DNA of 53,785 nucleotides from a virus (Duplodnaviria; Caudoviricetes): positions 1 to 53,785 of the IMG/VR virus record IMGVR_UViG_3300025646_005002, one strand, 5' to 3'. Of this stretch, positions 1 through 9,065 are shown piece by piece. Positions within the stretch are counted from its first letter, which is position 1, and the number at the start of each line of letters is the position of its first letter. The position numbers and the translations under genes are program-made. The notes beneath the pieces were generated by a model. It was not told the DNA's origin. It made no database searches and saw only the letters and a program-made list of their open reading frames with translations.

Positions 1-11
1 CAGCGTAATTT

Positions 12-260
12 ATGAAATATATATTTTTATTATTAATAGTTGCCTCTTGTGCGACAAAAGAACCGGTAGTAAATAAATCAGAACCGTCGGTTTCTGTGTT
101 TAATGGAGCGATATCAAATATGCTAGTCTGTATCTTTGCTCCACAAGAATGTAAGCAATTAAAACAAAAACAAATTGATGAAAAACCACATCAAACACAA
201 AAAGAATATGAGCAAGAAATTACTAAAGAATTAGAAGAACTTGACAAACAAGCAAAATAA
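12..260 (+). CDS. Small predicted lipoprotein
   Basis: Signal peptide with lipobox-like IVASC; the ORF is at the window edge. Confidence 0.6.
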   Translation: MKYIFLLLIVASCATKEPVVNKSEPSVSVFNGAISNMLVCIFAPQECKQLKQKQIDEKPHQTQKEYEQEITKELEELDKQAK

Positions 261-269
261 ATATATATT
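241..269 (+). promoter_or_regulatory. Sigma70-type promoter for tRNA-Ala/sufS
   Basis: TTGACA(241-246)-N17-TATATT(264-269). Confidence 0.7.
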
Positions 270-280
270 ACTTAAGAACT

Positions 281-356
281 GGGGGATTAGCTCAGCTGGG
301 AGAGCGCCTGATTTGCATTCAGGAGGTCAGCGGTTCGATCCCGCTATCCTCCACCA
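281..356 (+). tRNA. tRNA-Ala(UGC)
   Basis: Full cloverleaf: acceptor GGGGGAT/ATCCTCC with the G3-U70 Ala determinant, anticodon arm CCTGA-TTTGCAT-TCAGG, T-loop TTCGATC, encoded CCA. Confidence 0.97.
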
Positions 357-367
357 GAAAGAATTAT

Positions 368-1576
368 ATGGAACACATTAGATCACAATTTCCAATACTA
401 AACAGAAAGTTGCCTAGTGGCAACACTTTAGTATATTTAGACAGTGCTAATTCTTGTCAAAAGCCACAACGTGTTATAGATAGAATGAATAAATTTTTAA
501 CTGAAGAGTATTCCAGTGTAGGTAGAAGTATTCATGAACTATCAAATCATGCAACATCTCTTGTGGAAAACAGTAGACAAGCAGTTGCAAATTTTATTAA
601 TGCACAAGACAGAGAAGAAATTGTTTTTACTAAATCAGCCACAGAAGCCATCAATATGGTGTCAACAGCATTTGGTAGAACAATGCAACCAGGCGATGAG
701 ATTATTACTACAGAAGTTGAGCATCATTCGAATTATATACCATGGCATCTACAACGTAAGTTTAATGGTGCAGTGATAAAATTTTTAAAAGTAAATGAAC
801 AACATCAAATCAACATAGATGAGTTAGAATCATTAATTACAGATAGAACAAAAATAGTTGCTATTACTCATGTATCAAATACTACAGGACAAACAATTGA
901 TGTTAAACGTGTTTGCGAAATAGCACACAAACATGGTATTGCAGTAGCAGTAGATGGTACACAAGGTGCACCACATATAAAAGTAGATGTGCGTGACATA
1001 GACTGTGACTTCTATGCAATGAGCGGACACAAGATGTACGGACCAAGTGGAATTGGTGTGATGTATGCAAAACGCAAATGGATTGATGAATTAGATCCAG
1101 CATTGGGTGGAGGCGGAATGATAACAACTGTATCACATGATGATGTTGCTTTTGCTGAAGGTTCTAAGAAGTGGGAAGCAGGTACTTTGGCAATTACAGA
1201 AATTGTAGGGTTACATGAAGCATTAAATTTTTATGCAGACATAGGATTTGATAATATGATAGAGCATGAAGAACAAGTAATTGATTATGCATATCAAAAA
1301 ATGTCTGAGTTACTAGGTATGAAGTTTATAGGCACAGACAAACGCAGTGCAGTTATATCGTTTAATCTTGGTAATATACACCATCAAGATTTGGCTTCGT
1401 TTTTAGACACATATGGTATAGCAACCAGACCAGGACATCATTGCACACAGATGCTCCACAGACAAATAGGGTGGTCAGGCAGTTGTAGAATATCTACAGG
1501 TGTATACAGCACAAAACAAGAAATTGATTACTTTATAGACAGTTTAAAAGAAATATACAACAAGTTTAATTTGTAA
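368..1576 (+). CDS. sufS: SufS-type cysteine desulfurase
   Basis: YLDSANSCQKP, EHHSN, PLP lysine motif SGHKMYGPSGIG, catalytic RPGHHC. Confidence 0.93.
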   Translation: MEHIRSQFPILNRKLPSGNTLVYLDSANSCQKPQRVIDRMNKFLTEEYSSVGRSIHELSNHATSLVENSRQAVANFINAQDREEIVFTKSATEAINMVSTAFGRTMQPGDEIITTEVEHHSNYIPWHLQRKFNGAVIKFLKVNEQHQINIDELESLITDRTKIVAITHVSNTTGQTIDVKRVCEIAHKHGIAVAVDGTQGAPHIKVDVRDIDCDFYAMSGHKMYGPSGIGVMYAKRKWIDELDPALGGGGMITTVSHDDVAFAEGSKKWEAGTLAITEIVGLHEALNFYADIGFDNMIEHEEQVIDYAYQKMSELLGMKFIGTDKRSAVISFNLGNIHHQDLASFLDTYGIATRPGHHCTQMLHRQIGWSGSCRISTGVYSTKQEIDYFIDSLKEIYNKFNL

Positions 1577-1672
1577 AATTTCACATCTTTAATATTAAAA
1601 ACTTATATAACTTCTCTATTTTTATTTTAAATACTAATATAATTTAGTTTAACTAAAGAAGAGCAGGATCTA

Positions 1673-2128
1673 ATGATAAAAACGTTTTTATATACTATAA
1701 TTGTGACCATAGGTGTGAGCAGTTTTGCTACATCTAGTGAACTAACACAAGAGTTTTCAAACCCATCTTTTTCAGGTATTGGGCAGTCCAACCACTATCT
1801 CGCAACTGAGCAACTACAGTACACAAGAAAAAAAGAACTTGAAGATGATATTGCAAAAGCCATCAAAGATGCGGCTCGTGATGAAGAAAATCAAGTTATC
1901 AACAAATTCATTGCCAATGTGGAATCTAGAATCTACGCCAATCTATCCAAACAGTTGGTAGACAACATGTTCTCATCTGGAGGACAAACCACAGGCACTG
2001 CTGAAATTGAAGGTGCCACAATCTATTGGGAAAAAGATGTAGACCTAGGTGAAATATCAATTAGAATCACAGAAGCTGATGGTACTATAACAACACTTAC
2101 TGTGCCAATTGGAGATTTTGGATTCTAA
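1673..2128 (+). CDS. csgF: Curli assembly protein CsgF-like
   Basis: Signal peptide, then SELTQEFSNPSFSG resembling the CsgF N-terminal FxNPxFGG motif; directly upstream of csgG. Confidence 0.75.
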   Translation: MIKTFLYTIIVTIGVSSFATSSELTQEFSNPSFSGIGQSNHYLATEQLQYTRKKELEDDIAKAIKDAARDEENQVINKFIANVESRIYANLSKQLVDNMFSSGGQTTGTAEIEGATIYWEKDVDLGEISIRITEADGTITTLTVPIGDFGF

Positions 2129-2955
2129 TGATAAAAAATTTATTTTCACTTTTGTTATTGGTAATACTGGCAGGTTGTGCCTCACATGCTGGCATATCAG
2201 GTTACAAAGCACCTGTAAATTCACCTGCTCCCCTGCAACAACAGTTCAAAGCAATACCAGAACTTGATGGTCCAAAGATAACAATAGCAGTTTACAATTT
2301 CAGTGACAAAACAGGACAGCGTAAACCAAGTGAAAAATTCAGCCAACTTTCAAGTGCAGTTACACAAGGTGCAGAAGTTTGGGTAATTCAAGCACTGTCA
2401 GAAGTGGGCAACAGCACATGGTTTACAGTTGTTGAAAGAGGCGGACTAGACAATCTAGTCAAAGAACGACAATTGATTCGTTCAACCAGAGAACAGTATG
2501 AAGATGAAAAAGATAAAAAATTAAAACCTTTACTCTTTGCTGGTTTAATTGTAGAAGGTGCCGTGGTAGGCTATGATTCAAATGTGGTCACAGGCGGAAC
2601 AGGTGCACGATACCTAGGTATTGGTGCCAAAACTCAATATCGTGTTGACACAGTAACAGTGTCCATGCGTATTGTTTCAGTAAGCACAGGAGAAGTACTT
2701 CTTTCTGTTGCTACACAAAAAGACATTGCCAGTTATTCTACTGGTGCTGATGTGTTTAAGTTTTTAGACCTAGGCACTAAACTGATTGAAGTAGAAGCAG
2801 GAACGGCAGTTAATGAACCAGTAAATTATGCAGTAAGAGCCGCAATAGAGCAGGCGGTCTGCGATATAGTTGAACTTGGCAACACAAACGGACTTTGGAG
2901 ATATAAAGCACACGTTGTTGATCCACAACTCAACTACAGAGAGGGAAGTAAATGA
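2128..2955 (+). CDS. csgG: Curli secretion channel lipoprotein CsgG
   Basis: Lipobox LAGC; AVYNFSDKTGQRK, SAVTQGA, WFTVVERGGLDNLVKERQLIR, GGTGARYLGIG, NEPVNYAVRAAIE are typical CsgG motifs. Confidence 0.93.
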   Translation: MIKNLFSLLLLVILAGCASHAGISGYKAPVNSPAPLQQQFKAIPELDGPKITIAVYNFSDKTGQRKPSEKFSQLSSAVTQGAEVWVIQALSEVGNSTWFTVVERGGLDNLVKERQLIRSTREQYEDEKDKKLKPLLFAGLIVEGAVVGYDSNVVTGGTGARYLGIGAKTQYRVDTVTVSMRIVSVSTGEVLLSVATQKDIASYSTGADVFKFLDLGTKLIEVEAGTAVNEPVNYAVRAAIEQAVCDIVELGNTNGLWRYKAHVVDPQLNYREGSK

Positions 2956-3659
2956 AAAGATTAATTTTGATATTATTATTAATGTCTGGATTACCATTAA
3001 TGGCAAATGATATTTACATTGATCAAATAGGTGACAGTTTAGATTTAGATATCACACAGGATGGCCAGGATAACCAAATTGGTAATTCTACAACTGATGC
3101 TACACTAAATGGTGACAACATGACATTTTCAATCACACAAACAGGTAGTACAAACACAATTGAAGCCATTATCAAAGGTGACACATATACAGGTACATGG
3201 ACATTCACAGGCAGTTCAAACACTGTGGATTTAGACTGTTCCAGTGCCGCCGCAGGCAATTGTGACACAGTAACACTTAATATTACCAATACAGGTGATT
3301 CAAATGACTACACATTTGCTATTGGTGAAACATCAGATGCTACAAGTTCAACAGTGGCATTTACAGTCACAGGTGACAACAGTATTATTAATACTACTGT
3401 AGATGGACAAAGTGCCGCACTAACAGTTGACATCAACAACAGTACATCACTAGCAACCACAAGTGCAAATTCAGATGAAGGTGTTGCATTAACAACTTCA
3501 CAGAGTGGTGATGGCGACAGTGCTGGACACACTGTTACACTAGATGTAGATGGTGGCGGTGGAACAATTGACATCACACAGAGTGGTATCTACGACAACA
3601 CAGTTGACCTAACAGTAAATGGCGATAGTTTTGATGTAGATATAACACAAAGTGACTAG
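2952..3659 (+). CDS. Curlin-like (CsgA/CsgB-type) repeat protein
   Basis: Signal peptide; acidic T/S/D/N/G-rich repeats of the form IxQxGxxN (IDQIGDS, ITQDGQDN, ITQTGSTN, ITQSGIYDN). Confidence 0.72.
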   Translation: MKRLILILLLMSGLPLMANDIYIDQIGDSLDLDITQDGQDNQIGNSTTDATLNGDNMTFSITQTGSTNTIEAIIKGDTYTGTWTFTGSSNTVDLDCSSAAAGNCDTVTLNITNTGDSNDYTFAIGETSDATSSTVAFTVTGDNSIINTTVDGQSAALTVDINNSTSLATTSANSDEGVALTTSQSGDGDSAGHTVTLDVDGGGGTIDITQSGIYDNTVDLTVNGDSFDVDITQSD

Positions 3660-3661
3660 TT

Positions 3662-4756
3662 GTGAGATTTATTCTATTAATAATTTTACTTTTAATTTCA
3701 TGGTCAGCACAGGCCAATATTGGTGCAGTTAGTGAACTACAAGGTCAAGGTCAGATCAAACGTACCAATGGTGACAAAGTTGATCTTGAACAAAGCCTTG
3801 ATGTTTTTTCCTATGATGAAGTAATGACAGGACAAGGCAGAACTGCCATTAATTTTATTGACGACACCAGAGTAGAAGTCACAGAACATTCTAAATTAAT
3901 TATAGACGAATTTGTGTATGATCCTGCCAACAATCAAGGTGGACTAACACTCACAGCCGCATTGGGCACAGTAAGATACGCATCAGGACAAATAGCCAAA
4001 GACTACAAAGACAATGTCAAAATCAAAACACCCACAGCAACAATTGGTGTGCGTGGCACAGACTTTGCCATGATTGTGGACGAGTTGGGCGGATCAACAA
4101 TTATTTTATTGCCTTCATGTAATTCAAATGGCAACTGTGTGGTAGGTGAAATCACAGTAGATTCAGACATGGGACAGGTCATACTAAATCAAGCATTTCA
4201 AGCCACTAGAGTTGAAGTAGCAGAACGCAGACCCACTCCCACAGTGTTGCTAGAAATGGACGAATCATTTATTGGTAATTTACTCATAATATCACCACCA
4301 AGAGAAATTGACGAAGCAGAAGATCAACAATCTGTTCAAGTTATGGCAGACATATTGGGTTTGGATTTTTTAGAAATTGATGTGCTGGACCAAGACCTAC
4401 TAGCACAAGATGAACAGCAGTGGCAAACAGAACTAGACATTGATTTTTTAGCAGGTGACTTTTTAGGTGATGTACTAGCACAATTAAACAAAATATTAGC
4501 GGCAGAATTTTTAAGTGAACTAACTGATGTGTTTGTAAAGAAAGAACAAAAGATAGGACAGTTGGAAGGAAATATAATACTGTTGGATCAAGGTGCTAGT
4601 TGGTTTTTTAGACGTGAAGGATCATCTAGTGTGGTACAGTTAAAACTAAACAAAAATTATGGATACACACTTGATCTACAACAAGATGATTTTACCACAA
4701 GAGATTTTATTATAGGAGAAGGTGCTGGTAACAATATCAACATCATACAGAAATAA
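3662..4756 (+). CDS. Secreted FecR-domain protein
   Basis: GTG start, signal peptide, FecR-like core (D.V.TG.GR..I.F.DDT.V.V.E.S.L.I and IKTPTATIGVRGTDF), acidic C-terminal half. Confidence 0.8.
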   Translation: MRFILLIILLLISWSAQANIGAVSELQGQGQIKRTNGDKVDLEQSLDVFSYDEVMTGQGRTAINFIDDTRVEVTEHSKLIIDEFVYDPANNQGGLTLTAALGTVRYASGQIAKDYKDNVKIKTPTATIGVRGTDFAMIVDELGGSTIILLPSCNSNGNCVVGEITVDSDMGQVILNQAFQATRVEVAERRPTPTVLLEMDESFIGNLLIISPPREIDEAEDQQSVQVMADILGLDFLEIDVLDQDLLAQDEQQWQTELDIDFLAGDFLGDVLAQLNKILAAEFLSELTDVFVKKEQKIGQLEGNIILLDQGASWFFRREGSSSVVQLKLNKNYGYTLDLQQDDFTTRDFIIGEGAGNNINIIQK

Positions 4757-5571
4757 TGTTTGAAAAACTAATCACAAGAATTTGTATAGCACTGTATATT
4801 TTTATGGTGTTAATATATATATTTGTACCAGAAGCAAGAGCTAACTCAATCTACATTGATCAAGTGGGCACAGGCAACAACGATACTGCGATAAACATCA
4901 ATCAAGAAGGTGAAGATAATACTGTAAATTATTCAGAAGGCGGCACAGGCAACACAATCACAATTGATCAAAAAGGCGATGACGCTTATGTTGGATATAC
5001 CACACAATGGGGTAGTGGTGCAGTATGGGGTGGCGATTTAGATGGCAATGATAATAATATAAACATCAAACAGTACTGTAATCAAACATTTTGTGGTGGT
5101 GATAGATTTGAATTTCATATTCAAGGGGATAGAAACGACATTGACTTTTATCAAGGTTATAGAGTGTACAGTGATGGATCACTTGACACAGTTGATGACT
5201 ATGAGTATGGCGGCCATTCTGTGATATTAGATATTCATGGATCAGATAACAAGTTCTTAGGGAGTCAAAGATCAAATAACTCAGGACACGAACACTCAAA
5301 CACAACCTACATATATGGCAATGACAATGATGTATTTGCTGTACAATGGGGGGATCAAGACAAGACAATAAACCTAACAATTTATAATAATAACAATGAT
5401 GTAGATATTATACAAAGAGATTCGTCAAGTCATAGTGCTACAATAACACTTAATGGTTCGTATGGTACAGATTTAGATTTAACACAAAAAGGCTCAACAG
5501 CACAATCATACAGTTTATCTCAAAACTGTCAAACTGCGGGTGGTTGTAGTGTGTCAGTAACCCAAGAATAA
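4756..5571 (+). CDS. Second curlin-like repeat protein
   Basis: Hydrophobic N-terminus; repeats IDQVGTGNN, INQEGEDN, IDQKGDD, LTQKGST; C-terminal CxxxxxC. Confidence 0.7.
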   Translation: MFEKLITRICIALYIFMVLIYIFVPEARANSIYIDQVGTGNNDTAININQEGEDNTVNYSEGGTGNTITIDQKGDDAYVGYTTQWGSGAVWGGDLDGNDNNINIKQYCNQTFCGGDRFEFHIQGDRNDIDFYQGYRVYSDGSLDTVDDYEYGGHSVILDIHGSDNKFLGSQRSNNSGHEHSNTTYIYGNDNDVFAVQWGDQDKTINLTIYNNNNDVDIIQRDSSSHSATITLNGSYGTDLDLTQKGSTAQSYSLSQNCQTAGGCSVSVTQE

Positions 5572-5578
5572 AACACCA

Positions 5579-5586
5579 TATAAATA
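5579..5586 (+). promoter_or_regulatory. T4-late-like promoter
   Basis: TATAAATA 5 nt before the ATG at 5592. Confidence 0.65.
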
Positions 5587-5591
5587 TCATT

Positions 5592-7634
5592 ATGAAATGG
5601 TTAACACATTGGACTGTAGCATTTTTAACACTTGCAGTTTTGATGCTGTGGGGATTTAGTGATCCTTTTGTAAAGCAGACTGCTAGGTTAAAAACATTTG
5701 ATCTAATTCAAAAATATGACACACCAACTGTCAGCAATGATATTGTGATAGTTGAATTAGATGAAAAATCAATTGAACAATACGGACAATGGCCTTGGAA
5801 GCGAACAGTATTAGCAGATATCATATGGAAGTTGCGTGAAGCAGGTGCAGGCATAATTGTATTGCCAGTTTTATTTTCAGAACAAGATAGACTAAATGGT
5901 GATATGGATCTAGCACAGGCGTTGGTTGAAAATGGTGTTGTGATAGCACAGGTAGGTACAACACAAACAAACAAAAATGCAGTGCCACGTGGTGTTGCCA
6001 AAATAGGTGATCCACTGTCTTGGTTGTTTGAATGGCCAGGCATGTTAGGACCTATAGAACTGTTTGGATTAAATGCAGACGGTGTAGGTGTAATCAATAC
6101 AGCACCAGAAATTGATGGTGTGGTAAGACGTGTGCCTTTGATTGTTACAGTTGAAGGAGAAACATATCCTGCCATAGCCATTGAAACAATACGTGTGGCC
6201 ACAGGTGCACCAAGTTATCAAGTCAAAGCAGGTCCAGGTGGTGTACAAGCAGTTCGTGTTCCTGGGTATCCTGTGATTAACACAGATGCTAACGGACAGA
6301 TATGGTTGCGTTGGAACAAACAGTTTGAAACAATAAGTGTCACAGACAGTTTTGAATCTGTGCAAGGCAAAACAGTTATTCTTGGTATCACAGCAGAAGG
6401 TATAGGATCAATCATAGCAACACCTAATGGTGAAGCATATAGTCATATACCAATAGCAGTGAGTTTACAAACAATTATCAATGGTGATTCTATAGTGCGA
6501 ACAGACTATGCAACTTTTTTAGAGTATGCAGTAACAGGAGCAGTTGCAGTGCTATTAATTTTGTTGGCGGCATTTGCACCATATTGGTTAACAGGTGCGG
6601 CAATGATTTTATTATGGTCAGGTTCAAGTTATGCTTCGTACTTTGTGTTTACAAGACATCTACAGTTATGGGATGTGAGTTGGTTAATAACTGTGTCAAC
6701 ATTGGTTTCATTCCATGCAGTGTTTAATAGATTTACCAAAGAATATTTTGAAAAACAAAAAATTAAAAAACAGTTTGCAGGTTACTGTTCTCCAACAGTT
6801 GTACGTATGCTACAAGAGAATCCAAGTTTAATTAAAGATGGTATGAAGAAAGAAGTTTCAATTTGTTTCTCAGACCTAAGAGGATTTACACCATTAGGAG
6901 AATCGTTTGGCGACGATGTTAAAGGCTTAACAAAATTAATGAATGGGTACATGGATGCCATTACACAACCTATACTTGATGCTGACGGTATGGTTATTAA
7001 GTATATCGGTGATGCAAGTATGCATATACATAATGCTCCTATAGATGACCCGCATCATCCAAGAACAGCAGTAGAAACAGGACTCAATATGTTACGTGCA
7101 GTAGAACAGTTTAATGAAAAGATTACATCAGAAGGAAGGCCACCAATTGGCATGGGTGCTGGTATCAACACAGGATTGGGTTATCTTGGTGAAATGGGAA
7201 GTACAAGCCGTCATTCCTATGACGTCCTTGGCGACGCTGTTTCGACTGCCGCCCGAATAGAAAGCAAGTGTAAAGAGTACGGTTGTTTATTGCTTGTGGG
7301 CGAGAACACCTACGATGCTACTAAAGACAACTTCTTTTACTTAAAAATAGACGAACTTGCTGTTAAAGGTAAGAGTGTTGGTATTAGAATTTACACAGTA
7401 TTAGATAATATTAAGAAAGTTGATCATAAGAGCAAAAAGGTACATGACCAAATGCATGAAGCATATAAGTCACAAAAGTTTGATGAAGCCATTTATCACT
7501 GTGAAAGATTAAAATCACACTTTGGTGGTAAGATGAAAGGCTATTATGATATGTGGATTGAACGCTGTGAGTATATGCAAACACAACAGTTACCTAAAGA
7601 TTGGAACGGTGTGTTTATTGCAACCACAAAATAA
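5592..7634 (+). CDS. CHASE2-domain class III adenylate cyclase
   Basis: CHASE2 motifs (IVIVELDEKS...GQWPWKR, DGVVRRVPL), three TM helices, cyclase motifs FSDLRGFT, IKYIGDA, YDVLGDAVSTAARIES, and VKGK. Confidence 0.92.
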   Translation: MKWLTHWTVAFLTLAVLMLWGFSDPFVKQTARLKTFDLIQKYDTPTVSNDIVIVELDEKSIEQYGQWPWKRTVLADIIWKLREAGAGIIVLPVLFSEQDRLNGDMDLAQALVENGVVIAQVGTTQTNKNAVPRGVAKIGDPLSWLFEWPGMLGPIELFGLNADGVGVINTAPEIDGVVRRVPLIVTVEGETYPAIAIETIRVATGAPSYQVKAGPGGVQAVRVPGYPVINTDANGQIWLRWNKQFETISVTDSFESVQGKTVILGITAEGIGSIIATPNGEAYSHIPIAVSLQTIINGDSIVRTDYATFLEYAVTGAVAVLLILLAAFAPYWLTGAAMILLWSGSSYASYFVFTRHLQLWDVSWLITVSTLVSFHAVFNRFTKEYFEKQKIKKQFAGYCSPTVVRMLQENPSLIKDGMKKEVSICFSDLRGFTPLGESFGDDVKGLTKLMNGYMDAITQPILDADGMVIKYIGDASMHIHNAPIDDPHHPRTAVETGLNMLRAVEQFNEKITSEGRPPIGMGAGINTGLGYLGEMGSTSRHSYDVLGDAVSTAARIESKCKEYGCLLLVGENTYDATKDNFFYLKIDELAVKGKSVGIRIYTVLDNIKKVDHKSKKVHDQMHEAYKSQKFDEAIYHCERLKSHFGGKMKGYYDMWIERCEYMQTQQLPKDWNGVFIATTK

Positions 7635-7654
7635 TTCACATAAATAGTTATATC

Positions 7655-7933
7655 ATGGACATATGGACAATTATTGCTGATTTAGGTCTGCCAATAGCCG
7701 CCGCTGTGGCATGTGGAGTTTTTATAATGATAGTTATAAACTATATTCTAAGCAGTATTGTATCGTCAATTAGTTTTATAGAAACAGTCACTGAACAGTT
7801 AGATAATAGAATAAAAACTATGAACAACGATATACTTAAAATTGACAGTGAAGTTTCTGAACAACTTGGATTACCAGTTGACACAGATAGAATAGCCAGA
7901 GCAGACGGAAAAGAAGACGCAAGGAAAGACTAA
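7655..7933 (+). CDS. Small membrane protein (TM plus coiled coil)
   Basis: ATG at 7655 follows CATAAATA; one TM helix (GLPIAAAVACGVFIMIVINYIL); paralog of the next ORF. Confidence 0.75.
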   Translation: MDIWTIIADLGLPIAAAVACGVFIMIVINYILSSIVSSISFIETVTEQLDNRIKTMNNDILKIDSEVSEQLGLPVDTDRIARADGKEDARKD

Positions 7934-8172
7934 TGAATATTGTAGAATTAATCAACTATTATGGCTTTCCAATTGTGGCGGTATTCTTTTTAGCATATTT
8001 TATATACTATCTATACAAGTATATTGTAGAACAAATTAAACCAAAACTAGGATCTGCATCAGGTACACTAATAAAGTTAATTGACAGAGTACGTATGCTT
8101 GATAATGATTTAATTAGATTAAAAACCAAAGTAAAAACACTAAAAGACATTAAAAATAAAACAAAAAATTAA
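7933..8172 (+). CDS. Small membrane protein (TM plus coiled coil)
   Basis: TAATG overlap; TM helix GFPIVAVFFLAYFIYYLY; LIDRVRMLDNDLIRL resembles LDNRIKTMNNDILKI of the previous ORF. Confidence 0.75.
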   Translation: MNIVELINYYGFPIVAVFFLAYFIYYLYKYIVEQIKPKLGSASGTLIKLIDRVRMLDNDLIRLKTKVKTLKDIKNKTKN

Positions 8173-8182
8173 CATAATTGTA

Positions 8183-8211
8183 TTGACAAAACAAATGAAG
8201 TTAAATATAAT
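8183..8211 (+). promoter_or_regulatory. Consensus sigma70 promoter for tRNA-Gly
   Basis: TTGACA(8183-8188)-N17-TATAAT(8206-8211). Confidence 0.85.
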
Positions 8212-8222
8212 AGTAACAATAG

Positions 8223-8297
8223 GCGGGCGTAGCTCAGTGGTAGAGCGATTCGTTGCCAACGAATAGGTCGTCGGTTCGACCCCGATCGCCCGCTCCA
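8223..8297 (+). tRNA. tRNA-Gly(GCC)
   Basis: Acceptor GCGGGCG/CGCCCGC, anticodon arm ATTCG-TTGCCAA-CGAAT, T-loop TTCGACC, U73 discriminator, encoded CCA. Confidence 0.97.
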
Positions 8298-8323
8298 AAC
8301 AATAAAATGGAAAACAAAATAAA

Positions 8324-9052
8324 ATGGAAACACAAGAAAAATTAAAAAGAATAGAAAACTTTTTAACTAAGGTATCTCAAGAAGTATACTCTGAACCAGA
8401 TACACCAATGCACACTAGAATGATAGATCAAATAGTTCCTGATCTAGTAAAAAACCAATTAGGAGATAACAAAGAACAAGCAATACTAGATATTGGTTGT
8501 GGTCAAGGTTATGCTATGGAAAAATTCAAAGAAGCTGGGTTTGAAAACATCAAAGGCATTACTATGAGTGATCAAGATGTAAAAGCAACACAAGACAGAG
8601 GCTTTGAATGTGAAAACATGGATCAAACATTTATGACCTATCCAGATGAAACATTTGATTTTCTTTTTGTTAGACATTGCTTAGAACATTCACCGTTTCC
8701 ATATATGACATTAGGTGAGTTTCGCAGAGTTTTAAAAACAGGTGGTAAAATATATATTGAAATGCCGGCACCTGATAATTATAGACCTTTAGAATATATT
8801 CCAAATCATTATTCTATCATGGGACCAAAACAATGGGCGGCACTTATGCTAAGACATAAATTTCAGATACTTGTAGCAACAGACTTTAAAATTGAATTGT
8901 TTGATAACAAACAACCAGATAAAAAGTTTGATGAAAAGAATTTGGTATTTGTTCTTAAAAAAGTTTCCTTAGAAGATTTTGAAAAACTGCAAAAAGCAGA
9001 ATTACAAAAAACAGAAATAACAACTCAAAAACAGCCAACAGAACAGAAATAA
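8324..9052 (+). CDS. Class I SAM-dependent methyltransferase
   Basis: ILDIGCGQG, FDFLFVRHCLEH, RVLKTGG. Confidence 0.88.
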   Translation: METQEKLKRIENFLTKVSQEVYSEPDTPMHTRMIDQIVPDLVKNQLGDNKEQAILDIGCGQGYAMEKFKEAGFENIKGITMSDQDVKATQDRGFECENMDQTFMTYPDETFDFLFVRHCLEHSPFPYMTLGEFRRVLKTGGKIYIEMPAPDNYRPLEYIPNHYSIMGPKQWAALMLRHKFQILVATDFKIELFDNKQPDKKFDEKNLVFVLKKVSLEDFEKLQKAELQKTEITTQKQPTEQK

Positions 9053-9065
9053 TTGGAGAATATAA

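Noticed and set aside
7601-7654. Upstream extensions given by the ORF track (also 19242, 26733, 28849, 34616, 35085, 41009, 52254, 52768)
   Set aside because: They overlap upstream genes; downstream starts have better RBS, promoter or coupling context.
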